Below are positions 59,598-64,000 of a stretch of 64,000 bases of DNA, one piece after another. The translations under genes were made by a program, and so were the position numbers. The notes beneath the pieces are model-generated. The model saw nothing but the letters and a program-made list of their open reading frames with translations. It was not told where the DNA came from and ran no database searches. The stretch covers positions 19,217 to 83,216 of the forward strand of contig JAYZFK010000006.1 in NCBI GenBank assembly GCA_036336835.1. Reading direction: 5' to 3'. The stretch comes from Myxococcota bacterium (GTDB lineage: Bacteria > Myxococcota_A > UBA9160 > UBA4427). Numbering within the stretch: position 1 is the first letter of the stretch; the number at the start of each line of letters is the position of its first letter.

Positions 59598-59613
59598 GCT
59601 GCGCCCCCCGAAG

Positions 59614-60006
59614 ATGGACCCCGAACTCGCGAAGCTCCTCGATTTCGAGAAGGGCAATGGCCTCGTCACTGCCATCGCGCAGGATCATCGATCGAACGAG
59701 ATCCTGATGGTCGCGTTCATGAACGAGGAGGCCTTTCGTCGCACGCTCGATGCCGGCCAGGCCGTGTACTGGAGCCGTTCGCGCTCGAAGCTGTGGCACA
59801 AGGGCGAGGAGAGCGGAAACGTGCAGATCGTGAAGGAGCTCTACATCGACTGCGATGCCGACGTGGTGTTGATGAAGGTCGAGCAGACCGGAGGCGCGGC
59901 CTGCCACACGGGTCGACGCAGCTGCTTCTTCCGCAAGCTCGAGGGCGGAGCGGTGATCGACGTCGGCGTGCGCGTGTTCGATCCCAGCGAGGCCTACGGC
60001 AAGTGA
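59614..60006 (+). CDS. hisI: Phosphoribosyl-AMP cyclohydrolase
   Basis: WSRSR, KGEESG, DCDAD, ACHTG..SCF. Confidence 0.96.
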   Translation: MDPELAKLLDFEKGNGLVTAIAQDHRSNEILMVAFMNEEAFRRTLDAGQAVYWSRSRSKLWHKGEESGNVQIVKELYIDCDADVVLMKVEQTGGAACHTGRRSCFFRKLEGGAVIDVGVRVFDPSEAYGK

Positions 60007-60884
60007 CTGCCGACACTCGCCTGCGCATCGGGCTGCCGAAGGGAAGCCTCCAGGAGACGACGCAGAAGCTGTTCGGCCTCGCCGGCTTCGACGTGCGCAT
60101 CTCCTCGCGTTCCTACTACCCCGAGATCGATGACGACGAGATCGAGTGCGTGCTGATGCGCCCTCAGGAGATGGCGCGCTATGTCGCGCAGGGCGTGATC
60201 GACTGCGGCATCGCCGGACTCGACTGGTGCCTGGAGGCCGGAGCCCCGGTCGAGGAGCTCGCCGATCTGCGCGCGCCCTGGCCGAACTATGGCCCCGTGC
60301 GCTGGGTGCTCGCGGTCAAGCAGGGCTCCCCGTTCCGCCGCGTCGAGGACCTGGAGGGCAAGCGCATCGCCGCCGAAGCGGTGGGGCTCACGGAGAGCTT
60401 CCTGGCCGAGCGCGGTGTCTCGGCGCAGGTCGAGTTCTCGTGGGGCGCGACCGAGGTCAAGCCGCCGCTGCTGGCCGATGCGATCGTCGACGTCTCGGAG
60501 ACCGGCTCGAGCCTGCGTGCGAACAATCTCGAGGTGCTCGAAGTCGTGCTGGTCAGCACCCCGCGCTTCATCGCCAACCGGGACGCTTGCAAGGATCCGT
60601 GGAAGCACGACAAGATGGAGCGGCTGCTGATGCTGCTGCGCGGGGCCATCGCCGCCGCGACGCGCGTCTGCCTCGCGATGAACGTGCCGCGCAGCCGGCT
60701 CGACGGAGTCCTCGCGGTGCTGCCCGCTCTTGGGACGCCGACCATCTCGACGCTGTCCGACGAGAGCTGGGTCGATGTGACTGCCGTCGTCGATGAGAAG
60801 ACGGTGCGCGAGGTGCTCCCGAAGCTCAAGGACGCGGGCGCGCGCGGCATCATCGAGACTCCCCTCAACAAGCTGATCGATTGA
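60003..60884 (+). CDS. hisG: ATP phosphoribosyltransferase (long form)
   Basis: GLPKGSL, SWGATE, ETGSSLRAN, PTISTL, GARGIIE. Confidence 0.96.
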   Translation: MTADTRLRIGLPKGSLQETTQKLFGLAGFDVRISSRSYYPEIDDDEIECVLMRPQEMARYVAQGVIDCGIAGLDWCLEAGAPVEELADLRAPWPNYGPVRWVLAVKQGSPFRRVEDLEGKRIAAEAVGLTESFLAERGVSAQVEFSWGATEVKPPLLADAIVDVSETGSSLRANNLEVLEVVLVSTPRFIANRDACKDPWKHDKMERLLMLLRGAIAAATRVCLAMNVPRSRLDGVLAVLPALGTPTISTLSDESWVDVTAVVDEKTVREVLPKLKDAGARGIIETPLNKLID

Positions 60885-60887
60885 CGC

Positions 60888-61457
60888 GTGCTTCGGGTGG
60901 CTCGCGCCCTGGCCGCAGCCTCGGCGAGCTATGCGCGTCTCGCCTGGTGGGGACTCGCCCTGGCCGAGCGCGAGCCGCTCGTGGTGGTGCAGGCCGCGAT
61001 CCTCGATGCCCGGCGGGGGGTATTGCTGGCGGTGCGCCGCGATCTGCAGGGCTGGGAGCTGCCCGGCGGTAGGCGGGAGCCGGGCGAGACCGACGAAGAG
61101 GCGCTGACGCGCGAGCTGCGCGAAGAGCTGGGCATCGAGGTGACGGTGGGGCGGTGGGTCGGAGCCTGGAAGCGCACCGGCTACCGCCCCCACACCGCGC
61201 ACGTCTACGTCTGTGAGACCCCCGATGAGCCCGGCCGACACGGGCCCCTCGGCGAGGAGACGCTCACGGCCCGCTGGCACGATCCAGCGCAGCTCCCCGA
61301 GACACTCTTCCCGTGGTATCGCGAACCGCTGGCGCTCGCGCTCGCGGCCGCGGCGGCGCCCGTCGAGCGACACGAGCGCAATGGACCGGCCGCAATCTGG
61401 GCCGGGGCGCGCATCGACTGGCGCATGCGCCTGGCCCGGCTGCGGCGCGACGACTGA
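60888..61457 (+). CDS. NUDIX hydrolase
   Basis: Nudix box GGRREPGETDEEALTRELREELG. Confidence 0.9.
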   Translation: MLRVARALAAASASYARLAWWGLALAEREPLVVVQAAILDARRGVLLAVRRDLQGWELPGGRREPGETDEEALTRELREELGIEVTVGRWVGAWKRTGYRPHTAHVYVCETPDEPGRHGPLGEETLTARWHDPAQLPETLFPWYREPLALALAAAAAPVERHERNGPAAIWAGARIDWRMRLARLRRDD

Positions 61458-61463
61458 AACGGG

Positions 61464-61495
61464 AGCGGCCCCGTCGGGGGTCCGACGGGGCCGCT
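61464..61495. terminator. Hairpin between convergent genes (probable terminator)
   Basis: AGCGGCCCCGTCGG-GGGT-CCGACGGGGCCGCT, perfect 14-bp stem. Confidence 0.65.
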
Positions 61496-61553
61496 TCGGG
61501 CAGAGGACGGTTCGTTTGACGGATGAACTGTCGTTGGACCTGCCGCGTGATGG

Positions 61554-62051
61554 CTAGCGAGTCTGCTCCCGGAGGCCGCTGGCCTCCCACTCCTTGCTCA
61601 GCTGCTTCAGCTTCGTGGAGAACTCGTCGAACGGATCGTCGAACGAGAGGATGATCTCGGTGGTACGCGGGATGTCGTCGCCGTTGAGCAGTCCGCGGTA
61701 GCGGTTCAGGTTTGCGAGGATGGCCTCGGCGACCTTCAGCGCGCGCTTCTCGGTCTTGATCAGTGGCGACTGCAAGGTGTAGACGTTGTTGCGTCCCCAG
61801 AGACTCTCGTCTCGCACGATTGCGATCTCGCGGTAGACGCCGTTGATTGGATCGAAGTTGTACTCGACTCGGACCTCCTTGAAGATGTCCGAGTTGCCGG
61901 TGTAGAAGCCGCGCTCCTTCTCGACCTTCCCGAGCTGTCTGCATCGGGGGCAATAGAAGGTGTCGCCATGATTCAGCAAGAACACGCCCTTGGCGTAGTC
62001 CTCGCAGTCCGTGTTCTCGCAGTAGCCGACGCCGCGTTTCATGCTGGCCAT
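61554..62051 (-). CDS. Hypothetical protein with N-terminal Cys4 zinc-binding motif
   Basis: CENTDC...CPRC; ordinary globular composition unlike shadow ORFs; GC3-biased codons. Confidence 0.8.
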   Translation of the reverse strand: MASMKRGVGYCENTDCEDYAKGVFLLNHGDTFYCPRCRQLGKVEKERGFYTGNSDIFKEVRVEYNFDPINGVYREIAIVRDESLWGRNNVYTLQSPLIKTEKRALKVAEAILANLNRYRGLLNGDDIPRTTEIILSFDDPFDEFSTKLKQLSKEWEASGLREQTR

Positions 62052-62407
62052 GCCCGCTAAATCGCCCTCTGGCCCGATGCTACAAATGCTCCGGATCCGG
62101 TGTGGGCCGGTTGGGGGAATCCAGAGCAAGCCGCATGCCATGCGGCTCGGTGGTACGACGAACGTTTGTCGGGTCGCACCGTTGCTACTTGTTCTGCCTC
62201 TTCATTGCCTCGAAGCCACCAGCCTTCGCCGGTGTCCTCAGAGTAGGTCTACCTGCCAGAGCCAGGGAATCGAGCTACCTACCACGCAGCTTTCGTCGAA
62301 AGACCGCCCGTGCGCACTGGGTGCGCGCCTAGCTCCCGCAGGGGGTGGGGGGCGATTCTCCTTCGATGAAAGAGAGTGGAAGCGCAGCCGAGACCGAGAC
62401 TCTTCTG

Positions 62408-62437
62408 TATATACGGCTCTCGTTGCCGACCTGTCAA
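62408..62437 (-). promoter_or_regulatory. Sigma70-like promoter candidate
   Basis: TTGACA-N18-TATATA on the minus strand in an AT-richer stretch. Confidence 0.45.
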
Positions 62438-62481
62438 CTGGCTTTTGATTTCTACTGATTGCGCGCCAAGTTGCGAAATCG

Positions 62482-62514
62482 TTCCGCGCGTTCCCGAGGG
62501 GAATCCGCGCGGAA
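62482..62514 (-). terminator. Hairpin immediately after ccmB
   Basis: TTCCGCGCG..TTCCC/GGGAA..CGCGCGGAA inverted repeat. Confidence 0.5.
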
Positions 62515-62515
62515 A

Positions 62516-63184
62516 TCACTCGTCCAGCGCGTACTCGAAGACGAGGTAGGACACGACCCAGTAGATGCCGTCGACCACGATCAGCAGCTGGACGGCGTCG
62601 TAGGGAATGGCCCGACCGGCCAGGACCTCGCTGGTCGCGCGGACACAGCCGGCGAGCACTGGGAACAGCGCCGGCAGCAGCAGGATCGGGAGCAGGACCT
62701 CGCGGAAGCGTGTGCGCACCGCCATGGCCGCAAACAGGGTGCCGACGCTGCAGATGCCGAGCGTGCCCAGCGCGACGATGCCCGCCAGCCGGGGAGCCTG
62801 GCCGATCCAGTCGAGGTCGAAGGCGATGGCAAAGGCGAAGGCGACGATTGCCTGTACGACGCTGGTGAGCACGAAGCTCGCTACCGCCTTGCCCACGAAG
62901 ACCGCGCCGCGATCGACCGGGGCCAGCGCCAGGCCCGAGAGCGCGTCGTTCTCGAGTTCCTGGGCGAACGAGCGGTTCAGTCCGAGCAATGCTGCGAAGA
63001 CGTATGCCACCCACAGCAGCCCGCCGGCGTTGGCCTGGATCTGCTCGCGGCCGGTTCCCGCGGGCAGGGCGAAGTGGAATGTGACCACCACGAGCAGCGA
63101 GAACACGAGCATTGCCATCAGCCGCTCGCGCGCACGCCACTCGCTCACGAGGTCCTTCCACAGGATGGCGAGGATCACCCTCAC
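62516..63184 (-). CDS. ccmB: Heme exporter protein B
   Basis: KDL..EWR.RE, GLLWV, RSFAQE, EVLLPILLLP; GTG start. Confidence 0.93.
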   Translation of the reverse strand: MRVILAILWKDLVSEWRARERLMAMLVFSLLVVVTFHFALPAGTGREQIQANAGGLLWVAYVFAALLGLNRSFAQELENDALSGLALAPVDRGAVFVGKAVASFVLTSVVQAIVAFAFAIAFDLDWIGQAPRLAGIVALGTLGICSVGTLFAAMAVRTRFREVLLPILLLPALFPVLAGCVRATSEVLAGRAIPYDAVQLLIVVDGIYWVVSYLVFEYALDE

Positions 63185-63897
63185 GGGGTCGCTCCCGCTG
63201 CGCGAGCGTAGGCAGCCTCGAGCTCCGCGCGTTCGAGGCTGCCGCCGCGCGCGCGTGCAACGACTCGGCCGTACGCCAGCACGATTGCCTCGCTGGCGAG
63301 CCGGCTGGCCTGGTGCAGCTCGTGCGTCACCAGCACGCAGCTGCGCTCGCCGTCGCGCAGCGCCGCCAGGCGCTCCGCCAGTGCATCCGCCGCGCCTCGG
63401 TCGAGGCCGGTGAACGGCTCGTCGAACAGCAGCAGCTCGGGGTCGTGGACGAGGGCGCGTGCGATCGACAGCCGTTGGCTCATGCCGCGCGAGAAGGTGC
63501 CGACGCGGCGCGCCGCGACGTGCGCGAGATCCTGTGTCTCGAGCAGCTCGGTGGCGCGCCGACCCGGCTCGGCGACGCCCTGCATTCGCGCGGTGAAGAC
63601 CAGATTCTCGTGCGCCGTGAGCTCGGAGTAGAGCAGCGTGGCGTGTCCGACGTAGCCGACCAGTGCACGCGCAGCGCCTCGCCGGAGCGCCTGCTGATCG
63701 CGGCCGGCGACGCGCAGCTGGCCAGCGCTCGGTCGCGCCAGCCCCGCCAGGATCCGCAGCAGTGTCGACTTGCCGGCGCCATTGGGGCCGAGCACCGCGA
63801 GGCACTGGCCGGATTCGAGCTCGAGGTCGACGCCGCGCAGCGCGGCCACGGCTCCGAATCGCTTCTCCAGGCCGCGTGCGTGCAGCGCAAGCGTCAC
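63181..63897 (-). CDS. ccmA: Heme ABC exporter ATP-binding protein
   Basis: GPNGAGKST, GYVGH, FSRGM, DEPFTGLD; adjacent to ccmB. Confidence 0.92.
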   Translation of the reverse strand: MTLALHARGLEKRFGAVAALRGVDLELESGQCLAVLGPNGAGKSTLLRILAGLARPSAGQLRVAGRDQQALRRGAARALVGYVGHATLLYSELTAHENLVFTARMQGVAEPGRRATELLETQDLAHVAARRVGTFSRGMSQRLSIARALVHDPELLLFDEPFTGLDRGAADALAERLAALRDGERSCVLVTHELHQASRLASEAIVLAYGRVVARARGGSLERAELEAAYARAAGATP

Positions 63898-64000
63898 CCG
63901 GCGCCCCCCAGCTTGGCGCCGCAGCCCGAGCAGAAGGTCCAGCTCGTCTCGATCGGTCCGCCGCACTGCGGGCAGCCGGGGGTCGGCGCCACAGCCAGCG
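63894..64000 (-). CDS. 3' end of double zinc-ribbon protein (truncated by window edge)
   Basis: Manual translation LAVAPTPGCPQCGGPIETSWTFCSGCGAKLGGAG*; stop overlaps the ccmA GTG. Confidence 0.7.
   Translation of the reverse strand, partial: LAVAPTPGCPQCGGPIETSWTFCSGCGAKLGGAG

Noticed and set aside
62405..62420. CTGTATATAC resembling an SOS box
   Set aside because: The ACAG half-site is missing at the required spacing

Overview
High-GC bacterial chromosomal window with dense housekeeping content. The gene repertoire suggests a Myxococcota/deltaproteobacterial lineage (inference). Contents in order: the dcw cluster on the minus strand (mraZ-rsmH-ftsL-ftsI-murE-murF-mraY-murD-ftsW-murG-murC-murB partial), with three MraZ boxes and a strongly paired mraZ-rsmH intergenic hairpin; a lipid/storage-granule-type cluster (HDAC-like, extended SDR, acyltransferase, PhaR-phasin hybrid, hypothetical, ArsA/Get3-like ATPase pair); tatA, phosphomannomutase and a DsbA-like lipoprotein. 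Next is an unusual minus-strand cluster (MerR regulator, ParA/Soj ATPase fused to a glycogen-binding CBM48-like domain, P-loop-less MinD/FlhG-like protein, degenerate nuclease-fold protein, ECF sigma), divergent from an archaeal-type 2-phosphoglycerate-kinase-like gene, an AAA+/VWA pair, sppA, trmB, rlmN and a metallophosphatase. Then come heptose/Kdo/LPS genes (hddA-like, HddC-GmhB-kinase fusion, epimerase, ABC exporter, kdsD, kdsA, fused lptF/G), a LysM transglycosylase, a PrdB/GrdB-like selenoprotein (in-frame UGA, UxxC, SECIS-like hairpin) that the ORF track splits in two, ffh, plsB, hisI, hisG, a NUDIX hydrolase, an orphan zinc-finger protein with a long leader, and ccmAB. No rRNA, tRNA, CRISPR array or mobile element was recognised. 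The best candidate for an undescribed system is the ParA-CBM48 cluster, a possible glycogen-granule positioning module. All calls come from motif recognition by eye; no searches were run.
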